Shown here: piece after piece, positions 21,201-30,245 of the stretch | Position numbering within the stretch: position 1 is the first letter of the stretch | Layout of the letters: each line of letters starts with the position of its first letter | NCBI GenBank assembly: GCA_018334565.1 | Contig: JAGXLU010000006.1 | Location: forward strand, 6,056 to 70,055 | DNA from: Halanaerobiales bacterium | Lineage (GTDB): Bacteria; Bacillota; Halanaerobiia; Halanaerobiales; M55B127 | Reading direction: 5' to 3' | Length of the DNA stretch: 64,000 nt | Notes under the pieces: model-generated | The model's database searches: none | Seen by the model: only the letters and a program-made list of their open reading frames with translations | What the model was told of the DNA's origin: nothing | Program-made: the position numbers and the translations under genes

Positions 21201-21851
21201 TTTTTTATATTGACGTGCTTTTTTTGCTTCTTTTTTTACTTTTTTGAACTGTTTTTCTAACTCCCAAACCAGATCTTTAATTCTCTGCAGATTAGCAGTA
21301 GTATTATCAAGCCTTTTTTCAGCATCATTTTTACGTGCTTTATGTTTACTAATACCGGCTGCCTCTTCAAAAAGTTCTCTTAAATTCTCTGGTTTAGAAT
21401 TAATAATCTGTGTTATCTTACCCTGACTCACAATGGAATATGAATTATTGCCTAATCCGGTATCCATCAAAAGTTCATTAACATCTTTTAAACGGCATTT
21501 GCTGTCATTGATTAAATAATCACTTTGTCCATCTTCAGTAACCTCTCGAGAAATCTTAACTTCATCGGTTTCAATATCTAAAACCCGCTCAGAATTATCC
21601 AAATAAAGCGATACTTCTGCCGAAGAAGATGGGGGCAGTTTCTCACTCCCGGAAAAAATAACATCAGCCATTTCGGTACCCCTCAAATTCTTTGCACTCT
21701 GTTCACCCAATACCCAGCGGGCTGCATCCACAATATTACTTTTGCCACTCCCATTGGGTCCTACAATAGCTGTAATCGGAGTATCAAATTGTAAATTTAT
21801 AGTCTTGGCAAAAGACTTAAATCCCTTTATCTTTATCTTTTTTAAAAACAA
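18294..21851 (-). CDS. smc: Chromosome segregation protein SMC
   Basis: 1185 aa. Walker A GPNGSGKSN, long K/E-rich coiled coils, a hinge, and a C-terminal LSGGE signature with Walker B YILDEIDAPLD. Confidence 0.95.
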   Translation of the reverse strand: MFLKKIKIKGFKSFAKTINLQFDTPITAIVGPNGSGKSNIVDAARWVLGEQSAKNLRGTEMADVIFSGSEKLPPSSSAEVSLYLDNSERVLDIETDEVKISREVTEDGQSDYLINDSKCRLKDVNELLMDTGLGNNSYSIVSQGKITQIINSKPENLRELFEEAAGISKHKARKNDAEKRLDNTTANLQRIKDLVWELEKQFKKVKKEAKKARQYKKMRGELEDIEINLLLDQYDDFSEKLKTLSNKKDRLEEALEEKENIAEQKKEKLKQKKARLREVEVNYDDKKDNYYQLRTKNEELKNRINIIKERKNNLKREEDELKKELNKLKEDLNQRRNKLSKLNKNYEQENKKLGLMAEKKVGVTDDYQIRTEYLKQLREELNNYRENILEENADISQLKRKFDRLEEKLKYKERVIKDFKNTKEELLTNKAHFENKIVENEKMESRTKQKMEQAINDFKETKKQLKNHRNQYEKLKNKYESIQDKLYKKKSRKEFIEDLQKDYSGYYKGVKSILKESERFPEMYGAVAELIDVKKEFEVSINSVLGNKLQNIVVKNDKTAQLCINYLKEVEQGRATFLPIESLKSKRRLLTGNLKQTTGFLGLAVDFVNFADKYVKVMNYLMGRTIIVKDLESAVKISNIVDKKYKIVSQDGDVIYPGGSISGGSRQQMKNDLLNRKREIRELKEEIKDINSKVDSLVKKGLERKTDIEEFVDKKDGLDKEYQQLKLKEDNLISQKDELREQSKKINTKIEDIKDKIVEEKEAVNRLKNEKNNMDNIFKRDNKDYDQKKDIIQKKQKKINLLNAQTENMREKLTDIRVKYATQQEKIKSIKKEIENHKEAVTKNKADMADKKARLNEIKNEVEDLEKKKSKLIQQKKEYDQQVEDAHQEVIELEDELQKLRQEHEKLDRLVEKLNEDLNNKKEVLYRVNIDYTKKTDKMESIEDRLSNEYDFNIKEDTYQKREPVKDPKKIEERVQQLRDKIAKLGHINPGSIQEYEELKKRLDYLHEQQVDLEDAKKSILNIISRIEESMMDKFKTTFYEIKEQFEDVFVELFNGGRAELSLVDETALLDTGVEIIAQPPGKKLKKLTLLSGGERALTAIALVFALLRVNPSPFYILDEIDAPLDDVNVVRFSNFLKEYTDFAQFVVVTHRKHMMTAVNNIYGLTMTDKGTTELVSLNLKEQIQ

Positions 21852-21889
21852 GTCTATTCACCTCATCACATTTACTTTAATCACAAGAG

Positions 21890-21916
21890 AAAAACCTATC
21901 CCCATTTTAGGATAGG
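21890..21916 (-). terminator. Intrinsic terminator after spoVS
   Basis: Minus-strand CCTATCC-8 nt-GGATAGG stem followed by TTTTTCTCTTG, 32 nt after the spoVS stop. Confidence 0.6.
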
Positions 21917-21948
21917 CCCAGAATCTCTATTGGAAATTATATATTTTA

Positions 21949-22212
21949 CTATCGCCTGGGTGAAACCGTAAATTTAATAGCTGTTCTAACCTCATCATCT
22001 ATTTCTATTTCAATAAATTCCGGTACCATAACTAAATCCATACCTATTGGTGCTACATAACCTCTGGAAATCGCTATAGCTTTTACTGTCTGATTAATTG
22101 CTCCAGCTCCTATTGCCTGTAATTCTACTTTACCTTCTTCACGAATAACAGCAGAAATTGCACCTGCCACTGCTTTGGGATCCGATTTTCCCGATACTTT
22201 CAAAGTTTCCAT
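21949..22212 (-). CDS. spoVS: Stage V sporulation protein S
   Basis: 87 aa. METLKVSGKSDPKAVAGAI...QAIGAGAINQTVKAIAISRG is near-invariant SpoVS sequence. Confidence 0.9.
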   Translation of the reverse strand: METLKVSGKSDPKAVAGAISAVIREEGKVELQAIGAGAINQTVKAIAISRGYVAPIGMDLVMVPEFIEIEIDDEVRTAIKFTVSPRR

Positions 22213-22244
22213 GTGATCTCTCCCCCTTGGTTTTACTACATAAA

Positions 22245-22958
22245 TTAATGATATAAGCTTAACAGATTTTGTACTTCTTGTTTACTTAGAGTCTTGTACT
22301 CACCAGGACGCAAACTACCCAATCCTATATTACCTATTTTCAATCTCTTTAAACTCAGAACCCTGTATCCTATTTTATCAAACATCCTTCTTATCTGCCG
22401 ATTCATTCCTTGGTGAATAACTACCTTATATGTGAAGTTTTTGTTGTCTTCATTTATTTTTTCAAGTTGTGCAGGGGCGGTTTTACCTTCTTTTAACTCA
22501 ATACCTCTTCTAAATTCATTAAGTTTTTTTTCAGTCGGCTTACCTTCAACAACCACTTCATATTCCTTATCTAATTCAAAAGAAGGATGGGTGATCCTGT
22601 AAGTTAATTTCCCATCATTGGTTAAAAGAAGTAAGCCACTACTGTCAGAATCCAATCTTCCCACTGGATATATTCTTTGTTCAATACCATTAATTAAATC
22701 CATTACAGTTTTTCTACCATGCGGGTCGTCTAAAGTTGTTACATATCCAGTAGGTTTATATAATTTTAGATAAATTTTTTCTTCTTTTTCAATCTCCCAG
22801 CCGTCGACTTCAATTTTATCTTCAATCGGGTCTACTTTAGCACCCATTTTAGTAATTACTACACCATTTACCTTAACCCTTCCCTCTTCAATAATTTTTT
22901 CAGACGTTCTACGGGAAGCAATTCCGGCGTGGGCCATTACTTTTTGTAAGCGTTCCAT
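22245..22958 (-). CDS. rluB: rRNA pseudouridine synthase (RluB/RsuA family)
   Basis: N-terminal S4 domain (RLQKVMAHAGIASRR) and the catalytic block GRLDSDSSGLLLLTNDG. Confidence 0.85.
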   Translation of the reverse strand: MERLQKVMAHAGIASRRTSEKIIEEGRVKVNGVVITKMGAKVDPIEDKIEVDGWEIEKEEKIYLKLYKPTGYVTTLDDPHGRKTVMDLINGIEQRIYPVGRLDSDSSGLLLLTNDGKLTYRITHPSFELDKEYEVVVEGKPTEKKLNEFRRGIELKEGKTAPAQLEKINEDNKNFTYKVVIHQGMNRQIRRMFDKIGYRVLSLKRLKIGNIGLGSLRPGEYKTLSKQEVQNLLSLYH

Positions 22959-23017
22959 CGATAGACATCCTTTCAGTCTATATTAATATATTCTTGAAAA
23001 AACAAAATATTCCTTTA

Positions 23018-23554
23018 TTAATCTTCCTGAAAGACTTTTTTATAATCAATATCCTCTATTTGGGGTAATTTAGTAATATCATCAAGTCCGAATTTCTGCA
23101 AAAAAACAGTAGTAGTCCCATATATAATGGGGTTACCAATTGTTTCTTTTCTTCCCTTTTCTTCAATTAAATTATACTTTTCTAATGTCGAGAGAGTTCT
23201 TTCTACATTAACTCCTCTTATCGATTCTATTTCTCTCCTGGTAATTGGCTGTTCATATGCAACAATAGCCAGGCTTTCTAAGGCTGCTGAACTTAATTTC
23301 TTTCTCTTGGAAATATTCATATAATCTAAGATCAGATCTCCATATTTCTTTTTGCTTTCAAATACATAATGATCATCATAGCTATTTAATTTAAAACCGT
23401 GGCTATTTTTTTCATACCTAACTTTTAACTCTTTTAATAGCGGTCTTAAAACAGAAATTTTGATATCCAATACCCTCGATATTTTATCTATATTAACCGG
23501 TTCTTGGGCTATAAATATAATCGCTTCAATTTTTGCCATCTTTGCTTCATCCAT
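23018..23554 (-). CDS. scpB: Segregation and condensation protein B
   Basis: 178 aa. IEAIIFIAQEPV N-terminus, winged-helix repeats and the ScpB-typical GRKETIGNPIIYGTT block. Confidence 0.9.
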   Translation of the reverse strand: MDEAKMAKIEAIIFIAQEPVNIDKISRVLDIKISVLRPLLKELKVRYEKNSHGFKLNSYDDHYVFESKKKYGDLILDYMNISKRKKLSSAALESLAIVAYEQPITRREIESIRGVNVERTLSTLEKYNLIEEKGRKETIGNPIIYGTTTVFLQKFGLDDITKLPQIEDIDYKKVFQED

Positions 23555-23567
23555 TTTATCACCTGCT

Positions 23568-24290
23568 TTAAGCTAAGGAAACTTTAATAGGAGAAAAATG
23601 CTTATCCTGCCGCACCTGAACCTTATTTAATTTCATCAGCTCTAATATACTTAAAAATGTTACAACGATCTCCATCAAATTACTCTTCTCCTCTATTAAT
23701 CTATAGAAGTTAACTTTATTATCTTTAGCTAAAATTTCTAAAATATCATTTATCTTTTTTTCTACTTTGATCTTTTCAACTATGATATGTTCTACCTCTC
23801 TTATATCTTCATCTTCAAGATCATTGTCAGAATAAAGAGCCTTCAAATAAATCTGTTTGATATCTTTTAAATCCACTAAAATTACCACTTCTTCTTCAAA
23901 ATTACGGAACTTTTCTACTTTGGGCTTATTTGTAAAAATATCTCTCCTCTTTTCAAAGTTATCAGCTAAAACAAAGGAAAGTTCTTTATAAAGTTGGTAT
24001 TTTCTTAACCTTTCTACTAAACTTTCCTCCTCTTTGTTTTCATCTTTTTTATCCACTTTGGGTAAGAGGTAATTAGCTTTAATTTCAATCAATTCAGCTG
24101 CAATAACCAAAAATTCACTTATATATCCTAGATCAACAATATGCTGATCGATATAATCAAGGTACTGACCAGTAACCTTGGCTAAAGATATCTTATTAAT
24201 CTCTATTTTATTTTTTTTGACCAGTTGGTAAAGTAATTCCAAAGGCCCCTGAAATTCATCTAATTCAACTTCATATTCCATATAATCCAC
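23568..24290 (-). CDS. scpA: Segregation and condensation protein A (kleisin)
   Basis: 240 aa. FQGPLELLYQLVKKNKIEI N-terminus, and it lies upstream of scpB. Confidence 0.9.
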   Translation of the reverse strand: MDYMEYEVELDEFQGPLELLYQLVKKNKIEINKISLAKVTGQYLDYIDQHIVDLGYISEFLVIAAELIEIKANYLLPKVDKKDENKEEESLVERLRKYQLYKELSFVLADNFEKRRDIFTNKPKVEKFRNFEEEVVILVDLKDIKQIYLKALYSDNDLEDEDIREVEHIIVEKIKVEKKINDILEILAKDNKVNFYRLIEEKSNLMEIVVTFLSILELMKLNKVQVRQDKHFSPIKVSLA

Positions 24291-24298
24291 CTGATTCT

Positions 24299-24940
24299 TT
24301 AAATTAGGATTCCCAAAAATAGGTTAACAAAAGGACTGATCATCTGCCATAAAAGACCAGTATAGGCCAATACTAACAAGATAACCATACCAATTGGTCC
24401 CTGTAGTTTGTTTAAATATCTATCCAAATTTCTGGGGAGAACACCTCTTAAAATATTAGATCCATCCAGTGGGGGTATGGGTAACAGGTTGAAAAAACCC
24501 AGACTTAAGTTGACGATAATTGCCAGATATAGAAAGTTTAAAGTTACATATTGAAGATCACTAATCTGTGGGTTTACCGAATTGAGTGAACCAGCGTCTA
24601 CAGTAAACATCACAGCCTTAAAAACCAAAGAAAATATTACAGCCATAATGAGATTAGAAGCAGGTCCCGCTACTCCTACTAACATCAACCCCCGGCGCGG
24701 ATTTTGATAATAGCGGGGATTGATCGGTACTGGTTTAGCCCAACCTATTCTTCTTGTAATTAACAAGACCAAACTGCCCATCAAATCAAGATGTGCAATG
24801 GGATTTAAAGTTAATCTTCCATTTTGTTTGGGAGTAGGATCTCCCAATAGATAAGAGACATAACCATGTGAGTATTCGTGAATAGATAATGATATTAATA
24901 AAATTGGTATGACAAGTATTAATTCCATTACTGTTGACAT
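24299..24940 (-). CDS. Site-2 protease family zinc metalloprotease (membrane)
   Basis: 213 aa and multi-TM, with an HEYSHG (HExxH) motif and a downstream LPIPPLDGS motif. Confidence 0.8.
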   Translation of the reverse strand: MSTVMELILVIPILLISLSIHEYSHGYVSYLLGDPTPKQNGRLTLNPIAHLDLMGSLVLLITRRIGWAKPVPINPRYYQNPRRGLMLVGVAGPASNLIMAVIFSLVFKAVMFTVDAGSLNSVNPQISDLQYVTLNFLYLAIIVNLSLGFFNLLPIPPLDGSNILRGVLPRNLDRYLNKLQGPIGMVILLVLAYTGLLWQMISPFVNLFLGILI

Positions 24941-24943
24941 TTT

Positions 24944-27553
24944 TTAGTTCTTCCCTTCCAGTTTCTTTTTTATCCTTCTGGCATAATCTAACTGCTCCTC
25001 TTTTGTCTTAAGCTTACCTTTTAATACTTTTCTTTTTATTAGTTTTAAAGCATAACTGATTATTGGACCTTCCTGATAACCAATATCAATCAGATCATTC
25101 CCATTTATTTTTGTTTGCAAATTTGAAATTTCTTCTAAGTAGTAAAATATATTCTCATTTAACTTTTCATCATCATATTCAATCATTAACAATAGGAGTT
25201 TTTCAGTTGATAATTTTTTTAAGCAGTTGTATAAATCAACCTGGCTAGAACTATCAATTATATCTGTAATATCATATTTTAAGGGGTCAAAGAAAATGAT
25301 TTCTTTTACCCACTGATTAAGTGCCCAGCTTTTAATTATCGAGTTGGGTATATCTTTAAATAAAAATGAAAAATATATTACCCATTTTTCTACATTATAA
25401 TTATTTTTAGTAAAATATGCAAGGTGCTTTTCAGCTCTCTCCCACTTACTCTTTAGATTATCGGGTATTTGATAATCATCATAAAGCAGTCTTAAAAAGG
25501 GTAACTTTTTTAAAAGTCTGATAAACTTTTCATCAGGTTTATGATCAAATAATAGTCTCAGTTCTTTATATACACGGGGGAAACTAACATCAGAGAAACG
25601 ACTTAAGCGTATAGTTTCCTGCATTAATGCCATCGTCTCCTCTTCTATATTTAAATCAAGCTGAATAGCCAACCTAATCCCCCTAATAATTCGAGTCGGA
25701 TCATCTAAAAAACTAAAACGGTGTAAAGCTTTCAAAATTTTATTTTCGATATCAATGCGGGCCTTGAAAAAGTCATATAAATATCCATATTCTCCCGGAT
25801 GTAAAGCAATAGCCAGAGCGTTTATCGTAAAATCTCTTCTAAGAAGGTCATCAAAGATATCTGCCTTCTTCACTTTAGGCAGGGCTCCCGGATGGGTATA
25901 AAGCTCATTTCTGGCCACAGCAAAGTCCAACTCGTAATTATCATCAATAATCATATTACCGGTCTTGAATTTTGGATTATAACTGTAATCAACCCCGTAA
26001 TTACCAGCTATCTCTCTGATCAAATCTTCGATATTACCTTCTACAACAAAATCAAAATCCTTACTTTCTCTATTTAATAGTAAATCCCTGACCATGCCTC
26101 CCACCATAAATACGCGACTCTCGATCTTTTGAGCAATCTTACCTATTTTTTTAAACAACTTTTGGCTTTTTGGAGACAATCCAGAAAGTTTATCTTCCAT
26201 CTCTATCTTTTCCGGGCTTATTTTAACTAATGAACTTACATATCTGTTTTGGTTTTGACTGGTGGATTTTTGTTCATAATATTGATTCAAGATAATCCTT
26301 CTTGTAATAATGCCGATTACCTTGCCTGCTTCATTTTTGACAGGTAATCTGCCTATATCATGTTTTACCATTTTCTTTTGGGCTCTTTGAATTGTATCAT
26401 CAGGTTTGATAAAAATAAGCTTTTTAGTCATATATCCCTTAAGAGGCACCCTGTTTAATTTTTCTTGATCACTTAATCTCCTTAAATCACGCGTAGTAAA
26501 AATCCCCTTAACCTTATCTTTTTGATCAACAACAAGTACACCGGTAATATCTTTTTTTTCCATAAGTTTTTTTGCTTCAATAATTTTTATGTCCTGACTC
26601 ATTTTTAGCGGTTCTTGCATTACTTCTTTAACTTTAATTGACCCCTTGATCTTATCTCTAATTGTGGTTTTTAATCTATTTTTTGCTATCTCAAGATCTG
26701 TTTTTAAAGACACAGAGCCTGCTCCCGGATGTCCTCCTCCACCCAGGGCTGAAAATATTTCTTCTAAATCAACATTTTCATTACTGCTCCGGCCGATGAT
26801 AATAACCTTGCCTTCCATCTCAACTAAGATGAACACAACTGATAATTGATAAAGCAGTTTTATTTTTTCTACCACATTGTTTAAACCCGACACATAGTGG
26901 GGATATTTTAAAACAAAATATGTAATCTTATTATCTTTAATTTTAATCTCTTTACGGTTTTTAATCAGCAGTTCAAAGACCTTCTTCTGTTTTTTATCAA
27001 GGGTCTCAAGTAAATATTCATTAATAACCTTTTTATTTGCCCCCATATCCAAAAGGTAGGCAAAGGCAATTAAATCCTCAGATTCTGTATTTAAATGCAT
27101 AAAGTTACCTGTATCAGCAGAAATTCCCAGAGCAAAAAGAGTTGCCTCTGTTCGATTTAATTTAATATTCTCGCGTTTTATTCTGTTCACTAAAATTGAA
27201 GTGGCTGAACCTATATCTTCGGAAAGATCTATATCAATCCAGTCCAACTTTTGATGAGGATGATGGTCATAAACAATCGTTTCAACCTCATCCCATTTTA
27301 TAAGATCTTTTAATGGCCCCAATCTATCAAATTCATGGGTGTCAACGATAATCAATCTATCTATTTTTTCATAATCTATTTCATCATATCTGTATAGTTC
27401 AAACTCATCTTTATATATAGCTAAAAACCTCTGTGCTAAGTTACTTAGGTTTTCAGAAATAACAACGCGGGCTTCAGTATAGAGTTTAAGAGCAGCTATC
27501 ATTCCTGCTAGGCCATCAATATCAGTATTTTCATGTGATATAATTAAATCCAT
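24944..27553 (-). CDS. Multidomain DHH/DHHA1 phosphoesterase - tandem CBS - CCA-adding/poly(A) polymerase family nucleotidyltransferase
   Basis: 869 aa. DHH motifs (HENTDIDG, VYDHHPH), DHHA1 (GGGHPGAGS), a CBS pair in the middle region, and a class-II nucleotidyltransferase head (VGGMVRDLLLNRESKDFDFVV, RRDFTINA). Confidence 0.8.
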   Translation of the reverse strand: MDLIISHENTDIDGLAGMIAALKLYTEARVVISENLSNLAQRFLAIYKDEFELYRYDEIDYEKIDRLIIVDTHEFDRLGPLKDLIKWDEVETIVYDHHPHQKLDWIDIDLSEDIGSATSILVNRIKRENIKLNRTEATLFALGISADTGNFMHLNTESEDLIAFAYLLDMGANKKVINEYLLETLDKKQKKVFELLIKNRKEIKIKDNKITYFVLKYPHYVSGLNNVVEKIKLLYQLSVVFILVEMEGKVIIIGRSSNENVDLEEIFSALGGGGHPGAGSVSLKTDLEIAKNRLKTTIRDKIKGSIKVKEVMQEPLKMSQDIKIIEAKKLMEKKDITGVLVVDQKDKVKGIFTTRDLRRLSDQEKLNRVPLKGYMTKKLIFIKPDDTIQRAQKKMVKHDIGRLPVKNEAGKVIGIITRRIILNQYYEQKSTSQNQNRYVSSLVKISPEKIEMEDKLSGLSPKSQKLFKKIGKIAQKIESRVFMVGGMVRDLLLNRESKDFDFVVEGNIEDLIREIAGNYGVDYSYNPKFKTGNMIIDDNYELDFAVARNELYTHPGALPKVKKADIFDDLLRRDFTINALAIALHPGEYGYLYDFFKARIDIENKILKALHRFSFLDDPTRIIRGIRLAIQLDLNIEEETMALMQETIRLSRFSDVSFPRVYKELRLLFDHKPDEKFIRLLKKLPFLRLLYDDYQIPDNLKSKWERAEKHLAYFTKNNYNVEKWVIYFSFLFKDIPNSIIKSWALNQWVKEIIFFDPLKYDITDIIDSSSQVDLYNCLKKLSTEKLLLLMIEYDDEKLNENIFYYLEEISNLQTKINGNDLIDIGYQEGPIISYALKLIKRKVLKGKLKTKEEQLDYARRIKKKLEGKN

Positions 27554-27571
27554 GAAATCAACCCCATTATC

Positions 27572-28900
27572 TTAGTATTGGGTTACTTTTTTTAGACATT
27601 CATTATCACAAGCCTTACGTCCGGCTTTGGCCATCTCTATCCACTCACCATCTTTTTTAACTCTTATTACATCTGCCGTAAAATCATTTTTAGTACCCTC
27701 CACAGAGCTATTAGATAAAAGCCAGCTGCCCACCCCATAGATATCAACCGGAACTTGTGACTTTTCAAATTCATTGATCTTTTTAGGTTTAAAACCACCA
27801 GTAGCAATTATCTTTACATCCTGGCAGAATTTTTCAGCTTCTTTGATTTCATCCTGTTCTAAGTTCCAATTTTGATAGGCTTTATCCATCTCTTTTCTCA
27901 ATTTGAAAACGAGTCTGGCATTTACCCCATTATCTAATTTTTTTTCACCGAGAGGTTCAATACTTTTATCTCTAAGGCTAGAAGAATTATCAGGCCTAAC
28001 TCCAAATAATTTATATTTCTGTGCCTGCTCTTTTTGGCCCGACTTTTTAAATTTAATATATCTATCAAACATAGCTTTAAGTACTGCAAGACTGGTTGAA
28101 ACACAATCATTATCAAAATCAACCAGGGCAATCCTATTAACATCTGTGGGCATCAATCGGGAAAATTGAAGCATAGCTTCTGTAGTATCACCCAAAAATG
28201 AGGCAATATATGAGTGACTTATCGTTCCCCCACCTTTGCCGCCCCACCAAGCTCCCTGCTCATCTGTGGAAACGTAGCGGTTCGTGTTTTCCTCATAATC
28301 CTGGTTATAGGCATTAACTCCCAATGAATATGCATATCCATGCAAAGCCTGCAGCTTATAATGAGCAAAGCGAGCAGGGAAAAACAATACATCTTTACCC
28401 CGAGCAGCCTCCATAACTCGATAAACATTTGTAGCAATACGGGAGGCTTCGGTTAAGGAACCAATGATAGCTGTTTCTAGATGGGCAAAATCTCTATATC
28501 TGCCTTTAATTTTTATCACTGGATCTACCCTGCAAGGATCTCCGGTATAGTAGCCCCTTTGCCCATCCTGACAGGCTAATACTTTCAACTCATCATATGT
28601 TTCTACAAACTCACCTCTGTTATTTTCATAGCCTGTAGCTGCTTTCAATAAGGCTAAAGCTTCATCTACACCTCCTAAAATACAAAATGGTTCTCTGCGG
28701 GGAAAAATCTGCATCTCTACCTCTAAATTTCCTATATCCTCTTCTTTGAATCTATAGCCTTCTTCAGAAAGTTTCTTTAATATCCTGCTGACATTCCTGA
28801 AATAAACATCCGAATACCAGCCCTGCTGCATCCTTTTTTTATCAATCTGAAAGGTCTCTATAGAAAGTCTTTCCCCATCAAATATACTCATTTCATCCAC
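27572..28900 (-). CDS. Nicotinate phosphoribosyltransferase family protein (archaeal/Thermoplasma-like type)
   Basis: 442 aa. The blocks SDVYFRN, KIKGRYRDFAHLETAIIG, GGTISHSYI, GVRPDNSS and YGVGSWL resemble type II PRTases of the NAPRT family. Confidence 0.7.
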   Translation of the reverse strand: MDEMSIFDGERLSIETFQIDKKRMQQGWYSDVYFRNVSRILKKLSEEGYRFKEEDIGNLEVEMQIFPRREPFCILGGVDEALALLKAATGYENNRGEFVETYDELKVLACQDGQRGYYTGDPCRVDPVIKIKGRYRDFAHLETAIIGSLTEASRIATNVYRVMEAARGKDVLFFPARFAHYKLQALHGYAYSLGVNAYNQDYEENTNRYVSTDEQGAWWGGKGGGTISHSYIASFLGDTTEAMLQFSRLMPTDVNRIALVDFDNDCVSTSLAVLKAMFDRYIKFKKSGQKEQAQKYKLFGVRPDNSSSLRDKSIEPLGEKKLDNGVNARLVFKLRKEMDKAYQNWNLEQDEIKEAEKFCQDVKIIATGGFKPKKINEFEKSQVPVDIYGVGSWLLSNSSVEGTKNDFTADVIRVKKDGEWIEMAKAGRKACDNECLKKVTQY

Positions 28901-28920
28901 CCCTTATTTTATCTGCCAAT

Positions 28921-30228
28921 CTATTTAATTATTTTGTAAATTAAATCCTTGGGCTTTATAGCCTTATTTTCAATTAGATAAGAATCTTTTAATTTCTGAA
29001 CCGCTTCTGTGAAATTATCATCTTTTTTATTATAATGTAAGGTTGCAATTTTATCACCTTTTGAAATCCTATTACCGTACTTTTTGTGAAGAATTACTCC
29101 TACTTCATTAAGAATTTCATCTGACTTCGTTGTTCTTCCGGCCCCGACCAACATTGCAGCCAGACCGATGTTAATTGCTTTTAATTGGACAAGATAACCG
29201 TTTTTTTGAGATTTTAATTCCCATCGATTTTGGGATTTTTTAAATTTATCAGTATTTTCTATATAACTTAAATCTCCCCCCTGCTTCTCAACAATTTCTT
29301 TGAATTTATCAAAAGCCTCACCTGTTTTTAATTTATCTTCTAAGAGTTTATAGCCTTTTTTGAAACTATTAACCTTTTCAGCAATCAAGAGCATATTCGC
29401 CCCTAAAGTTAAGCAGATTTCTCGTAAATCGAGAGGTCCCTGATCCTTGAGAGTATTTACAGCTTCAATTACTTCTAAATTATTTCCAACTGCCTTACCC
29501 AAAGGCTGTTCCATATCAGTTAATACTGCGATTGTCTTTTTGTTGAGTTTCTCTCCTATATTAACCATGATCTCAGCTAACTTTTCTGCCTCTTTAATAT
29601 TTTTCATAAATGCCCCTGAACCAAGTTTGACATCAAGTACTATTCCATCTGCACCACCGGCAATTTTTTTACTCATTATACTGCTCGCAATTAGTGGAAT
29701 AGAATCAACAGTAGCTGTAACATCTCGTAAAGAATAGAGTTTTTTATCAGCAGGTGTTAAATTCCCGGTTTGCCCGGCAATTGCTGCATTGATCTCATTC
29801 ACATTATTGATAAAAATATTCCTATTTAAATTCGTCTTAAAATTTGGTATTGACTCCAGTTTGTCTATAGTTCCACCGGTATGACCTAGACCCCTGCCTG
29901 ACATCTTAGCAACAGGTACACCTGCCGCAGCAACTAGGGGAATTAATACTAAAGAAGTAGTATCTCCTACCCCGCCAGTACTGTGCTTATCTACTTTAAT
30001 ACCTGCAATTTTTGAAAGGTCAATCTGATCACCAGATTCTGCCATCGCCATCGTTAAATCAGCTGTTTCACGTTCATTCATGCCATTAAAATAAATCGCC
30101 ATTGCCAGAGCAGATATCTGATAATCTGGTATGTCTTCCTGGGTGAAACCTTTGATCAAAAAATCTATTTCTTTTTTACTTAACTCATTATTATCTCGTT
30201 TCTTTAAGATCAAATCATATACCCTCAT
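28921..30228 (-). CDS. pdp: Pyrimidine-nucleoside (thymidine) phosphorylase
   Basis: 435 aa. VDKHSTGGVGD, SGRGLGHTGGT.DKLESIPG-like block, and SIMSKK. Confidence 0.9.
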   Translation of the reverse strand: MRVYDLILKKRDNNELSKKEIDFLIKGFTQEDIPDYQISALAMAIYFNGMNERETADLTMAMAESGDQIDLSKIAGIKVDKHSTGGVGDTTSLVLIPLVAAAGVPVAKMSGRGLGHTGGTIDKLESIPNFKTNLNRNIFINNVNEINAAIAGQTGNLTPADKKLYSLRDVTATVDSIPLIASSIMSKKIAGGADGIVLDVKLGSGAFMKNIKEAEKLAEIMVNIGEKLNKKTIAVLTDMEQPLGKAVGNNLEVIEAVNTLKDQGPLDLREICLTLGANMLLIAEKVNSFKKGYKLLEDKLKTGEAFDKFKEIVEKQGGDLSYIENTDKFKKSQNRWELKSQKNGYLVQLKAINIGLAAMLVGAGRTTKSDEILNEVGVILHKKYGNRISKGDKIATLHYNKKDDNFTEAVQKLKDSYLIENKAIKPKDLIYKIIK

Positions 30229-30245
30229 TTATTCGACCTCCTGTT

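Noticed and set aside
27934-28437. Same-strand nested ORFs 27934-28143 and 28219-28437 inside the NAPRT-family gene, and 1370-1585 inside the NSS transporter
   Set aside because: These are alternative-frame ORFs within well-supported genes. They have no start context and unconvincing sequences. I treated them as noise.
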